A stretch of 64,000 nucleotides of DNA from Eledone cirrhosa. Taxonomy: Eukaryota. How positions within the stretch are numbered: the stretch's first letter is position 1; the number at the start of each line of letters is the position of its first letter. The DNA lies in NCBI GenBank assembly GCA_964016885.1, contig OZ024742.1:97154001-97218000 (forward strand). The letters are read 5' to 3'. Positions 13,800-27,270 of the stretch are shown piece after piece. Made by a program: the position numbers and the translations under genes. The notes under the pieces were generated by a model. It saw nothing but the letters and a program-made list of their open reading frames with translations, made no database searches and had not been told where the DNA came from.

Positions 13800-14747
13800 T
13801 GGAGAGAGAGAGAGAACAACTATGAAACATAGGTGTATTGTCATATATATATATTCAAACATGTATGCCTTTGATTTTATTATATAACATATTGCACTCA
13901 TCGTAACGCTTTCCACTGCAAACAAGCGCAGATTAAATCGTTTCAAAATCCAGATCTTCATGAAATTTCAAAAGAGCAAAGTGCAAACTTTGCCAAAATG
14001 GTCGCGTGTACGAAAGAAAATCTACTTTTGAATTTTCATATGAATAGATTTTACTTAAGATCTCATCAATGTTTTTCTTACGACCGCTCCTCGAATATAT
14101 CTCTCTCTCTCCTCTGTCTCCCTCTCGTCCTTAGAAATTGCTGAAATTTGCTTAAATCGCCTTCTTCAGGAATTAATTTCATGTATTCTCTATAGAAAAA
14201 GCTACCGCTTATTAAATTTCTTACAAACGTTTTCAACTCCAAATCTACCTGAAGTAACTGTAATTCCTGATTGCATGTATATATATCTGTCTAACTTTCA
14301 ATATAATTCCCTCTATCTATCTGTCTAGATAAGAATGCGTATGTCTACCTCTTTATTTGTCTACATTTAGCATAGAATCTCTGTGAATTACAGTTAATCT
14401 GTGTGATTATCTATTTATCTATATATCTATCTCTATCTGTCTGCTTCGTGATCTGTCTATATCTATATCTACCTATATATCTATTCATCTATAAATCCAT
14501 TTATACCGACTTTTCCTGCATAAGTGTGTGCACATGTTTGTGTGAGTATATTCATAATCAAGCACAATAGATATATGCAGATACATGTACATAAACACAT
14601 ATATGACCACACTCATACCCGTTCACACCTACACATTCACAAATATACTTTCATACACACATTCGAAAATGTATGTGTTGTCTCTGAGATCATTATTGTA
14701 TATAAAATGTCTATATATATTAAATATAAATTCTATATAGTTATGTA

Positions 14748-14782
<35 letters not shown>

Positions 14783-14806
14783 ACACATATATATATATAT
14801 ATATAT

Positions 14807-15100
14807 GACAGTCACACGACCAATATAAATACGCTACTTTTCAAAATGTATCTAGCGTCTATAATAACGGCCCCTTTCTGTTTTTAATGTATCCTTGTTA
14901 ACTTTTATCCCTTGTGATTTTTAATGTTTACCTCACTACCGTTAGCGAGCTTATACTATTAAGTATGTCAATATCTTATCTACAAATATCATATTTTATC
15001 TGATGAAAGCACACTAAAATTTTGTGTCCTTGAAATACGTATAATAAAATAAATATGGTGTTATAAAGATATTTTCCATTTATTAATATTGTTAATATAT
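14807..15100 (+). mobile_element. PLE 3' end (family F) between (TA)n tracts
   Basis: Carries the HHR at 14992-15051; the downstream part aataaatatgg..ttataaa..ttttccatttat recurs at 22830-22885 next to a GIY-YIG remnant and reversed at 21043-21115. Confidence 0.65.
14992..15051 (+). ncRNA. Minimal type I hammerhead ribozyme motif
   Basis: tattttat-CTGATGA-aag cacac..gtgtc ctt-GAAA-T-acgt-ATA-ataaaata: 8-bp stem I, intact core, palindromic loop ACGT, predicted cleavage after AUA. Confidence 0.75.
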
Positions 15101-15139
15101 ATATAATTTAGATAGGCTTTGGCCAATGCTGGTCCAGGC

Positions 15140-16110
15140 CATGTGACACTTGAATCTTTCTATCAGCGAGTACATTTGCTATTTATCATTATATATATGT
15201 ACATGACACTAGCTGCTTCTCAATTAGATATATGAAAGATACATGAAAGATAGTTTTTCATATATCGTTTAAATTTGATTAAATTATGCTCTGAGCTTAA
15301 TGTTCATTGAGCCTTCTTTGTTGAGTAACTTAATCAATATACATTAAATATGTATAGATTTAACCATAAACGAAAATTTTTTGACAGCTATTTTAAGCAC
15401 TTATTACAACCAGTCATGTAATATCTGCCTTCTGAGAGATGCTATTTTAAATCCACGTGGTTTTATTCGATCCTCTTACTTAAGCAGGTAACTAGTTGAT
15501 GTACCGTGTGATATATATATATAGTGATACATTAAGCACTTATAGGATAAGTTTGGAGAAATTTTGGCTTGATTCTTTCTTCAAATGAGTACATATATTT
15601 CTTGCCTTTATATATGTACATATTACTGGTTCTATCTGAACTGGGTGTATAAATTATGCTCTGAGCTTAATGTTCATTTAGATTTTCTTGTTGAATAATT
15701 TCATTAATGTATATTTTATATGTATGGATTGAACCTAACCAGTCATATATCTGCCTTCTGGGAGACATTGTTTTTATTAGATCGTCCTCTTTAGACAGTA
15801 GATTATCTATAGTACAGAGTGAGATATATATATAGTAAAATCTTAAGCATTTAGTGATGAATGATGTTCTCTGGTCTTGATGATGCTTCTATGTTCGATT
15901 ATTGGTGATTGAGCCCAATCATTAGATCGATTATAGACATCATATTCTGGAATCTATCATGAAACGGCCGTATAAGTGAACTTTAGAAAATCTTGGCTTG
16001 ATTCTTTCTATGAGCGAGTACATTTATCATTTATCATTATATGTATATACATGATACTAGTTATTTTTCAACTAGATATATGAAAGAGACGTTTTCGTAT
16101 ATCGACTAAA
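15140..16110. repeat. Degenerate tandem duplication, ~370-430 bp period
   Basis: aaattatgctctgagcttaatgttcatt at 15281 and 15651; ttga.tctttct...gagtacat at ~15150, 15570, 16000. Confidence 0.7.
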
Positions 16111-16113
16111 TTT

Positions 16114-16172
<59 letters not shown>

Positions 16173-16176
<4 letters not shown>

Positions 16177-16378
16177 AACCAGTAAGACCCCGACAGCTGA
16201 GCTCAAGCCGTTTCGACGGCTAATTCTGGACTAAAATTTTTAGTCCAGAATTAGCCGTCGAAACGGCTTGAGCTCAGCTGTCGGGGTCTTACTGGTTCCT
16301 ATTACCCACTCTACTACCTCAAGTATTGAGTACTTTGGTGCGTTATGGTCCACCTGGTTCCTTACCACATTTCCTTCG

Positions 16379-16380
<2 letters not shown>
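16173..16380 (+). mobile_element. Fold-back element (family E) with perfect palindrome 16173-16301
   Basis: 64-bp arms, 1-nt spacer at 16237, no mismatch seen; 80-nt unpaired extension ends in (TA)n; diverged relative at ~17460-17590. Confidence 0.85.
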
Positions 16381-16441
<61 letters not shown>

Positions 16442-16530
16442 CAGATAAATAGATATAGATATAGATATATAATCTTTATACGTCTGTATTCTTATGCTAG
16501 TTAATGGACACTATATACACAATATAGATA

Positions 16531-16563
<33 letters not shown>

Positions 16564-16999
16564 TGAATGTGTGCCATAAGAGTATGTGTTCTCTGCATGT
16601 GTATGTGTGTGTACAACCTGAAGCATTTGTTTCACTGTATTGAAGTGCAGTGAATTAAGTCAACGTACCCTGGAGGCAGTTCAGTTCCAGCTTTACTGAA
16701 GTTCTTTGTTCTCGATAATGGTGTCAGGGACCTAATGTTGGATGGTGTGGGAGGTGTCATAGGTAAATTCTTTCATACTGTTCTCCTTTCTTAAAGGTTA
16801 CCATAATCCATCGAACCACAGCAGGCTTCCAATGTTGCAGTAATTTTTCGTATGAAACTTTTATATAAAGAAAATAAATGGATCATCCAATGAAAGTTCA
16901 GCTAGAATTTACAATTTTATGGTGGATAGTTATATTTAACATTTTCCAGCAGGTTTGAAACGGTATAAAATTGAATTGAAAAATCATGGATGATTGAAT

Positions 17000-17190
17000 G
17001 GTTAGTGCATTGGACAGCGTGGAGACCTCTGGTGTCCTCGGTCCCAGGGCTACCTCTCTACTCACCACGATAGGCGCTGAGCTGGCCAGCCGCAGGTGTG
17101 AGCCCCGTGAGTTGGAGTGGCTTTTCCAGCGCGTCTCCCTTACCGTCCTCCCCGGGAAGGCCTTCTCCATCCTGTCCGCCGGGGCTGTGT
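17000..17190 (+). pseudogene. C-terminal restriction-like endonuclease fragment of a CRE-like non-LTR retrotransposon
   Basis: SVETSGVLGPRATSLLTTIGAELASRRCEPRELEWLFQRVSLTVLPGKAFSIL resembles the ET.G..G...QR.S..V.RGNA..I end of CRE-type ORFs; GC-rich island in AT-rich DNA. Confidence 0.65.
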
Positions 17191-17592
17191 GTGGGGGGGG
17201 GGGCATCGCGTAACATTCCATATTTAGGTATCCGAAACACAAAACCTGTTTATTTAGTCTCCATCTATTCACCATGTATGACTTACTTATTCAACAACTG
17301 TCAGGAAACATCAACAAATCAGTGTTGCGTATGCTGTCAGCAAGGCAACAAATTCCACATTCGACCGCATAAAGACATTTTTAAAATGTGTAAAATAGCT
17401 TATTGACTAAATCACATGCAAATATATAAATATATATATATAGGATGGATTCAGTTTGAAACTGGTTAGATGATCACTCAACAGAGTACTCAAAACTTGA
17501 GGTAGTAGAATACCCAACGGCTGAGACTTGCCGTTCCAACAGTTTGTAACAAGCTGTTGAAACGGCAAGAGCTCAGCCGTCAGGTCCCAATC

Positions 17593-17626
<34 letters not shown>

Positions 17627-18109
17627 TGGTAAACGGAATAGAAAATGCTGACAAATTGTTCACAGTTGAAAAATAGTTTAATTAGGAATAAAAGAGTATT
17701 AGTAATTGTATGGGTTAGTCGTCAGTTGTGGTTTTAAGTTTTTAAGTTTTTACCAGTTGCGCAATTCTAAATGCTTTTCAAAAATAATTTTGTGATAGAG
17801 CGTCCGTGTTGTTTGCTCTAATATGATTAGTTTTGGGAATTCTACCTGTTTTTATGTTAAAATAGTGGCTCCAGCGCTACTTGGTGTTGCAAAAATTCTT
17901 GTGGTCAAAACAATTTTGATTGGTCGGTAGAGGTCATGTGAATGTAAAAAATTGATTTTGCGCCAAGACTGAGAAATGACTCTTTCACAACAAATATGTG
18001 TGTGTGTGTGTAGTAGTAGTAGTAGTAAAGTGTTCGATGTTGTGATAATGGTTAGCAGGGATGTGTGTGCGAACCGCAGCATGTTGACAGTTCAAATGGC
18101 TATTAAGAT

Positions 18110-18201
<92 letters not shown>

Positions 18202-18400
18202 AGCAGAGTAATTCGTGGTAGCGGGATGGTCATAGGAATGTGTCTGTAAGCAGTGTGGGGGTTGAGCATATATATATGAAAGACGTAAAATAAAATTTCT
18301 GCATCCCCTTACATTGTACCACAAAGTAACTAAGACAAAACCTAAATATTTGCTAGCATAGGTATGCATCTGTATATATATGTTGGTAGATATACTAATT

Positions 18401-18466
<66 letters not shown>

Positions 18467-18769
18467 GTATGTGTGTGTTGTGTGTGTACCCCTGTGCTGC
18501 GTATCCGCTTTAGAATAGCTACACCATATTTTTATATGTAAAGAAAGGTGGAAAGTACACGGAAGGAACTCGACCGTAAATATTGCCTCGAAAAGGACTC
18601 AGGATGAGAGTATAAAATGTGTCATGGGACTTCCAATGCTAATAAATATTTCAAAAGAATGAATAGCCATAAAATGATTGTTGTATATACGCTACATGAA
18701 GATGACTGGGGAATTATTATGTTCTAGACACACCAGAATAAATTTAGTTTAAAGACTTGGTACTATCTG

Positions 18770-19008
18770 TTAGCGACTAAGTCATGAAGGTCCATTTCGA
18801 AAGGAGCGGGTTGAGTTACCTTAGGGAAGGCTCTCGATTTCAGGCTGAAGGTGTAACTGGTGCCAATAATGTTGCCGTCAAAAGCTAGGGCTCGCTATCT
18901 TAAGTGTCTGACAACATCTTCCGCTTTTTGTCGGAGAAGCTTTTGGTAAACATGGTTGGAGGGAGTAGGAATATTCTTCAGGGAGTAATCCAGTTCGTAT
19001 AAATCCAT
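18770..19008 (-). pseudogene. N-terminus of a Penelope-like element ORF (truncated)
   Basis: MDLYELDYSLKNIPTPSNHVYQKLLRQKAEDVVRHLR*RALAF...FSLKSRAFPKVTQPAPFEMDLHDLVAN; YSLKNIP.PS / R.RW.A / FE.DL pattern recalled from invertebrate PLE ORFs. Confidence 0.6.
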
Positions 19009-19109
19009 TCTGACGTTGATGAGACTCAAAGTTGTGTAGGACACGAGGGTATAGAGTGTGCTCACAGGGTAGAAAGCCAAACGTGGTGATGAATCTGATA
19101 AAAGCCAGC

Positions 19110-19518
19110 AATGCAACACATTCGCTGTAGTTTATGAAGCTGCGGTCACTTCCAACCGATCAAATCAACCACAGGTGGCCAAATCCTATGTGAGTATGGC
19201 GGAGGGCCGATTTAAGGAACGCTTCCTGAACCATCAGTCGACCTTTAGGTACCCGAACAAACGATCATCCACGAAACTCGCGAGGCACGTAGGTCCCTCA
19301 ATGACTCAGGTATAGACTACTCCATTTAATGGAAAGCCATCACTAAGTTCAAGCCATACGCTAGGGGCAATCCATCTTGTGGACTGTGTATTGAAGAAAG
19401 GATAAATATTCTAAGCAGATTACGCAATAGCGATTGCCTAAATCCAAGTAATGAAATCTTCTCACGTTGTGCACATGTCTGGAAACACCTCTTGCAGAAC
19501 TACAAAGCTCCGGATTGA
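19110..19518 (+). pseudogene. GIY-YIG endonuclease domain of a Penelope-like element (Cys-rich, Hydra-clade-like), frameshifted
   Basis: QCNTFAVVYEAAV...SYVSMAEGRFKERFLNHQSTF...STKLARHV/WSL..IDYSI*WK...PY...CGLCIEERINI...CLNPSNEIFSRCAHVWKHLL. Confidence 0.75.
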
Positions 19519-19687
19519 AAAACAACATTATAATTTTCTTGTCAACTCGAACATCTTTTCCGGACTTTTGCAGTTATATCTCTTACCTCTTTTGCCCATG
19601 GCTTTGTTTTGCTTGGGTGAAGTGACCGTTTTTGCGCATGCGCGTTCATACGGTTGTTCTTCCTGTTCCATATAACCATGACTAGTA

Positions 19688-19725
19688 CGAGCTGCAGATC
19701 CGCTAAGGTGAAACAATTGTTCTCG
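19688..19725 (+). ncRNA. Hammerhead motif in the PLE 3' UTR (core mutated CTGCAGA)
   Basis: cgag-CTGCAGA-tccgctaaggt-GAAAC-aatt-GTT-ctcg; homologous to the intact copy at 4825-4864; element ends at ~19820 in (CT)n(TA)n. Confidence 0.6.
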
Positions 19726-19817
19726 GTAAGGTGAACTAACTGATGTGTTACCACTTCTATCTAACTCGTCTCATGGACTGAGTGCTCTACCACTACGGAT
19801 ATTACCTTCTAGTGTTC

Positions 19818-20935
<1,118 letters not shown>

Positions 20936-21141
20936 TAAAATAACAGTTTAAAGTTTAAGCAAAAATCGCTTCTTTCACCTCTTCGGGTTTTAGTCTTCAC
21001 GTTTATTATTATTAATATATATGTATATATATATATATATATACAATGATGTTAAATAATTGGAAACTATATTTATAAAACCATATTTATTATATTATAT
21101 ATATTTCAAAGGCAACCAAGACAAATTAAATACAACTTCTA

Positions 21142-21188
<47 letters not shown>

Positions 21189-21564
21189 CTCGTATATATA
21201 TATATATATAGTATTAAGGATACTATTTATGGTTATGTATATACTAAAACTTTTTATAGTTATATATCTTTTAAACCCTAAACAGTGAAAGACAGTAATT
21301 TATTACTACCTTATTACCAGTAAGATAAATAGCTCAATGTAATAACATCAGTTGTTCTACAGAGCAGTTATATAGAATTCACAGGAATCAAAGTTATGTT
21401 CAAACCATTTATTAGCTTACAATTGTATCTGTATGTCTCTGGCGTTGGAAAGGAGGTTATGTATGTATACAAACATTGAAAAATGGTCCGAAGAATCCAA
21501 GCCTCGGTTTGGATGAAACAATTGTAAGCTAATAAATGGTTTGAACCTAACTTTGATTCCTGTG

Positions 21565-21608
<44 letters not shown>

Positions 21609-22032
21609 CTCATCCGCACAATCTAGAACTTATTTCCAGTAATCGTCGTGGACTTGAATTTTCTCTCTTCCAGTTGCTCACATACTCTTCGGTTTGTTGT
21701 TTCCCGTTTTTATCGTTTTTTGCCGCTGTTTTTCTCTTTTCTCTTTTCTTCCTTTTTCCCTTCTGTTATCCTATATCCCCCTACCCCCTTCATTTTCTCA
21801 ATAACATACCTAGTTATTGTATGCACAGGGGGTAGATATATTGTCTTAATGCGTAGACATATCCGAGACCCCCAGCAAACAACTGATGAGGAAAACTTCC
21901 CGTTATTGCTTTCTTCTTTTAAAGATCTATCATTAAGAGGATAAATTTTCAGAATGTCATTTAAAGATTATCAATTTACATCTAGAAAATGTAGTTAGAG
22001 GGGTGTCTTCGAAAAATAATGTCAGAATTAAA

Positions 22033-22225
22033 TAATTGTTTCTATTTTAGGCACAAGGCCAGCAATTACCCAGTACATTACTGTTACTTTATTTTATCGA
22101 CCCCGTAAGGATGAAAGGCAAAGTTAACCTCGGCGAGATTTGAACTCAGATCATAAAGGGACGTAACTCTATGCTTCAAAGCATGGTGTCCGACTCTCTA
22201 CCGATACTGCCAATCCACCGCCCTT
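22033..22225 (-). mobile_element. Full-length tRNA-derived SINE with 19-bp target-site duplication
   Basis: aatgtcagaattaaataat at 22018-22036 and 22230-22248 flanks the SINE. Confidence 0.9.
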
Positions 22226-22448
22226 GTCCAATGTCAGAATTAAATAATGTCAGAAATTAATATATATTAAAAATATTATAAATATTAGAGATTTTAAAAA
22301 ATTTATAAATATTAAAAATATTAAAATATTAAAAATATTAAAATATTTAAAATATTTTAAAAATATTAAAAAATATAAAAACTATTTTTAAAATGGTCAT
22401 TTAAATTTTTTAAAAGATAGGATCATTTTGAAGGTGTATAGGAATATA

Positions 22449-22790
22449 TTAATTTAAAATATTTCTGAACGTGGAATTTTGGCGATGTATGCAAGAAGAA
22501 AATAATTCTGTTCTGAGATTAATAGAGTTTTGACAGTTAATTATAAAAAGGTTTCTTCGATACACAATATACAGAACCTTGATAAAGCCATATTTCGGTA
22601 TGCAGGTGCTCTCGAAATCGTTCTCTAAGATATTGAATAGTCTATATTGTTGTCTTTTAAATTCCAAATTAGATGTGAAAGTGAAGTAGAAGATTTTTTA
22701 TCAGATCTTTTAAGTGCATGATTATGATTATTCCAGCGTTCTTTAAATTTTGTTGAAGTGGCACCAACATAGTTAAACATTTTGTCACTA
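22449..22790 (-). pseudogene. Second PLE GIY-YIG endonuclease remnant (Cys-rich type), followed by inverted 3' end 22790-22890
   Basis: FNYVGATSTKFKERWNNHNHAL...STSLSHLIWNLKDNNIDYSIS*R...AY...CILCIEETF/IIN...INLRTELFSSCIHRQ; homologous to 19110-19518. Confidence 0.75.
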
Positions 22791-22996
22791 GTTTTAAGCG
22801 TACCAAAATTTTGGTACCCTTGAAATATATATAATAGAATAAATATGGTTTTATAAATTTAGTTTTCCATTTATTTAATATCATTGTATATTATACTCCA
22901 GAAAATCAGTTGAGTGCTCTGAATCAGTTATAAACATTTATATTTGTTGAATTACCAACAAATTGAATATCCCTTCTGCTTATATATATATATATA

Positions 22997-23362
22997 TCAT
23001 AAAACATGTCTATAGAATCGCCAGATAAAATATATACCATTTCCTCTCCCCAATTAGTATAATTAACCATGGTAGAGGTAATTAAAATATGTACACTTTC
23101 TTCTAGTTTATTTTACACCTAATTCTGTTTAGTTGACTGTATATCTGGTCGATTTATACATGCTGTAGAAATATTCGATAAATAATCCGTCGTAACCGCC
23201 GCGAAGGGGCTGCTTTCGGTTATTTGTCGGAGATTTCTTCATAGGAGCCTTTATTCTTATAGCTTGGTCTAATTGATTTTTTATATGGTTAATTATACTA
23301 ATTGGGAGAGGAAACGGTATATATTTTATCTGGCGTTTCTATAGACATGTTTTATGATATAT
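22997..23362. mobile_element. Fold-back element (family H), ~75-bp inverted arms, in (TA)n
   Basis: tcataaaacatgtctatagaa...ataattaaccat / atggttaattatac...tctatagacatgttttatga; solo arm at 56318-56393. Confidence 0.75.
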
Positions 23363-23456
23363 AGCTCTGATTATTTAATTTATTAATTCTTCATTGAGCC
23401 ACAAAGTGACCCGTTGCAAAACACATATATATTTATGACATTATATATATGTAAAC

Positions 23457-23521
<65 letters not shown>

Positions 23522-23918
23522 TATATATATGTATGTGTGTGCGTGTGTATGCGACATATTTTTCTATATAGTTCAAAACAAAATTTCCTGTCAGCAGTGT
23601 AAGCAAGTACATCTATATATAGTATATGATCAAATACATTAACTGATACACACGTGGCTGTGTACACAAGTAGAAAGCAAACAAAAAGAAAAAATCTACA
23701 CGAAAACTGCCCTATTTACCATCTAAAACTAAGTAAACCGCACTGTACTCATCAAAATAAATGTCTTAATATTCCATTTGTAAATGACAGCTTATATATT
23801 TACTCAACTTGCAGAATATTCTAGATACGGTCCCTTGCTCATAAGCATTCTAATAAACAAGCTCCATCTGCAACGGAAGGGAGGAAGCTAGATTGTTTAG
23901 CCTTATCGGTTTTATTAA

Positions 23919-24162
<244 letters not shown>

Positions 24163-24239
24163 CATAATATACATAAGAGGCGGCGAACTCCTGAGAGATC
24201 GGGGATCAAACATTTACTATCTATATGCGTTTATTTATG

Positions 24240-24335
<96 letters not shown>

Positions 24336-24498
24336 TATATCGCTTTGAAATAGCGATGTATACATGAGTGTATGTATAGTATATTTGGCAAAAATCTTTG
24401 CTGGACTGCCAATCGCTCTGTATAATCAGCTCCTGATTATTACTGGAATTCTATAAGAATCCAGCTTCTATAATCTTCGGCGGAAGCAGGGTGTGCGT

Positions 24499-24542
24499 GA
24501 CTCTGATGATCGCCAAACACCGTGAAACAGACTGTTAGATTC
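24499..24542 (+). ncRNA. Candidate hammerhead ribozyme motif
   Basis: gact-CTGATGA-tcg ccaaacac cgt-GAAAC-agact-GTT-agattc; core intact, stem III near-palindromic, stems I and II weak. Confidence 0.45.
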
Positions 24543-24944
24543 TCTAAAAAATCAATCTGTGAACGCAGAAGTAAATATTTCGAAAAACGTTGCAAACGAA
24601 GGAAGACAGGAAGACGATAATTTGGTTCGGGGAGACGTTTCCTGGCAAAGAACAGAAAAAACGAAGATAATACGTCATTATTTGGAACTGTGAGAAGACG
24701 CAAAGACAAAATCACGTTTATGGCATAAATGAAGTCGTAGATTAATATTCTATTAGGTGGTTCGTGGAGACGTTCCCTGGCAATGAACGGAAAAAATGAA
24801 GATAATACGTCATTATGTGGAACGATTGATTTTTTTTAGCTTCAGAAGATCCCGTTAAGGGTGAAAGCAGCGATTCTTTGCTTAAACATTAATCTGTTAT
24901 TTTAATAAATAAATAAATAAATATATATATATATATATATATAT

Positions 24945-26130
24945 ATCGTTTTCGGTACCCCGGTCGATTAACTCACTCGATATACTAATTAGGCTGCTCA
25001 GCCGTTAATATGCATGGGGAAAGTATATACATTCAGACGTTCAACCATCTGGCAGGAAGGTATACGTTGCTAACGATAGCTAATAAGCTTGAAACTAGTA
25101 CAGCGTTCCTTTGTCAGTGTTGAACAAATGAGCAACGATGGTTGCTAGACACTGTACGGCTTAATTTAGGATGTTTGTTTACAAACACACCGAGCATTAG
25201 AATAAATGGTCGGTGAATCCATACGTACATATATATATATGTGTGCATGTATGTATATATATATACATACTACTGTACGTATGTATACATATATGTATGT
25301 ACGTTTACATACTTATATTTAAGTAACAGCCGTACTAAGAGTGAGAAATGAAATTTCGTTTCATTTTTCCGTTTATCGTTTTCGGTATCCCGGCCGATTA
25401 ACTCACTCGATATGCAAATTAGGCTGCTCAGCCGTTAATATGCATAAGGAACGTATATACTTTCAGACATTCAACCATCTGGCAGGAAGGTATACGTTGC
25501 TGACGATAGCTAATAAGCTTGAAACTAGTACAGCGTTCCTTTGTCAGTTTTGAACAAATGAGCAACGATGGTTGCTAGACACTGTACGGCTTAATTCGGG
25601 ATGTTTGTTTACAAACACACCGAGCATTATAATAAATGTTCGGTGAATCCATACGTACATATATATATATATATATATGTGTACATGTATGTATATATAT
25701 ATACATACTACTGTACGTCTGTATACATATATGTATGTACGTTTACATACTTATATTTAAGTAACAGCCGTACTAAGAGTGAGAAATGAAATTTCGTTTC
25801 ATTTTTTTTCGTTTATCGTTTTCGGTACCCCGGCCGATTAACTCACTCGATATGCAAATTAGGCTGCTCAGCCGTTAATATGCATAAGGAAAGTATATAC
25901 TTTCAGACGTTCAACCATCTGGCAGGAAGGTATACGTTGCAGACGATAGCTAATAAGCTTGAAACTAGTACAGCGTTCCTTTGTCAGTTTTGAACAAATG
26001 AGCAACGATGGTTGCTAGACACTGTATGTCTTAATTCGGGATGTTTGTTTACAAACACACCGAGCATTATAATAAATGTTCGGTGAATCCATACGTACAT
26101 ATATATATGTGTGCATGTATGTATATATAT
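24945..26130 (+). repeat. Tandem array of ~2.7 units of 430-440 bp, each with a hammerhead motif (retrozyme-like / tandem pLTR)
   Basis: Unit starts atcgttttcgg at 24945, 25375, 25815; HHRs at 25064-25106, 25494-25536, 25934-25976; bounded by (TA)n. Confidence 0.9.
25494..25536 (+). ncRNA. Minimal type I hammerhead ribozyme motif (intact copy in tandem array)
   Basis: acgttg-CTGACGA-t agct aata agct t-GAAAC-ta-GTA-cagcgt; palindromic stem III ACTAGT; predicted cleavage after GUA. Confidence 0.75.
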
Positions 26131-26191
26131 CTGTGTGTGTGTGTGTGTGTGTGTATGTATATATATATATGTGTGTGTATATATATATATA

Positions 26192-26630
26192 TCGTTTCTG
26201 AAATTGTTTAGCAAGATTCTTTATCTGAAAACATGTGTTGAAACCGATATTGTTATACTTTGGGAGGGTCATGTTGCCAATAAGAAACACACGCACCAGT
26301 TTCTTTCACTCTAATTTATTATAAACTTAAAAATTTATAAATTTCCGTTTGGTTGGTTCAACATATTGAAGATGGCGTAGGACAGAACAAAGGAGAGGAA
26401 CAAAACAAAGAAAAAAAAAGAATCCCCAGTCACTGAAGAGGTCACAGAATGTGTGTGACGAAAGAAGTTTGACAATATATGAACAACCGTCCGATTGTGG
26501 AACCAACCAACCAACCGGAAATTTATAAATCTTTAAATTTATAATTTAATTTATAATAAATTGGAGTGAAAGCAACTGGTGCGTGTGTTTCTTATTGGCA
26601 ATATGACCCTCCCAAAGTATAACAATATAT
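26192..26630. mobile_element. Fold-back PLE end (family B) with hammerhead motif at 26429-26473
   Basis: Arms ~26248-26362 and ~26497-26628; gtca-CTGAAGA-g gtcaca..tgtgac-GAAA..-tgac; same family as 47147-47750 and 28778-29097. Confidence 0.8.
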
Positions 26631-26669
26631 ATATCAAACAATTTTTTTAAATAAATAAAAAAATATAAT

Positions 26670-27270
26670 TTAAATATTCCCCTAATCCTTTTGCTTTTAC
26701 CGACGGTTTCACTTCACAAAAGATTGGAGATCCTAGAGACTTCCAAAGGAAATGTTCAGATCTTCAGAAAGCATTTTCCCTACCTAGGTCGTAAAGTCCC
26801 AGGAACAGCAAAATACATTACCACCTGCCAGTTAGTACAGGATCGAATGAGGCCATAAACTTGACCTGTGCATGAACCAGACCTGTGCATGAACCAGTAG
26901 AAGCGGAAGAGGTAATTAGTACCTGTGGGGATATTGATCTCCTTTTTATATATCCTCCGTTATGTAGAGAACAAATCCGTTGTTTGATTTAGCTGCTATC
27001 TTTAGTGGCGTGATATACAACACGCCTATGTTTACTTCCACTTCTACTAAGCGCTGGTTCATGCACAGGTCAAGTTTACGGCCTCATTCGATCCTGTACT
27101 AGCCGGCAGATGGTAATGTATTTTGCTGTTCCTGGGACTTTACGTCCTAGGTAGGGAAAATGCTTTCTGAAGATCTGAACATTTCCATTGGAAGTCCCTA
27201 GCATCTCCAATCTTTTGTGAAGTGTAACCGTCGGTAAAAGCAAAAGAAATAGGTGAATATTTAAATTATA
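26670..27270. mobile_element. Fold-back PLE-like element (family I) with long-domain-II hammerheads on both arms
   Basis: Arms ~26670-26880 and ~27054-27270; minus copy 26692-26773 reads tgcttt-CTGAAGA-(50 nt)-GAAAC-cgtcg-GTA-aaagca. Confidence 0.75.

Noticed and set aside
22997-23362. Interpretation of the fold-backs as DNA-transposon MITEs with TIRs
   Set aside because: For most families the arms are asymmetric, vary in length between copies and include HHR or GIY-YIG sequence, which fits PLE inversions. Family H itself shows no HHR, so a MITE origin is not fully excluded there
24945-26130. CRISPR-like or prokaryotic repeat array
   Set aside because: Units are wholly repeated with no unique spacers; eukaryotic context and no cas genes
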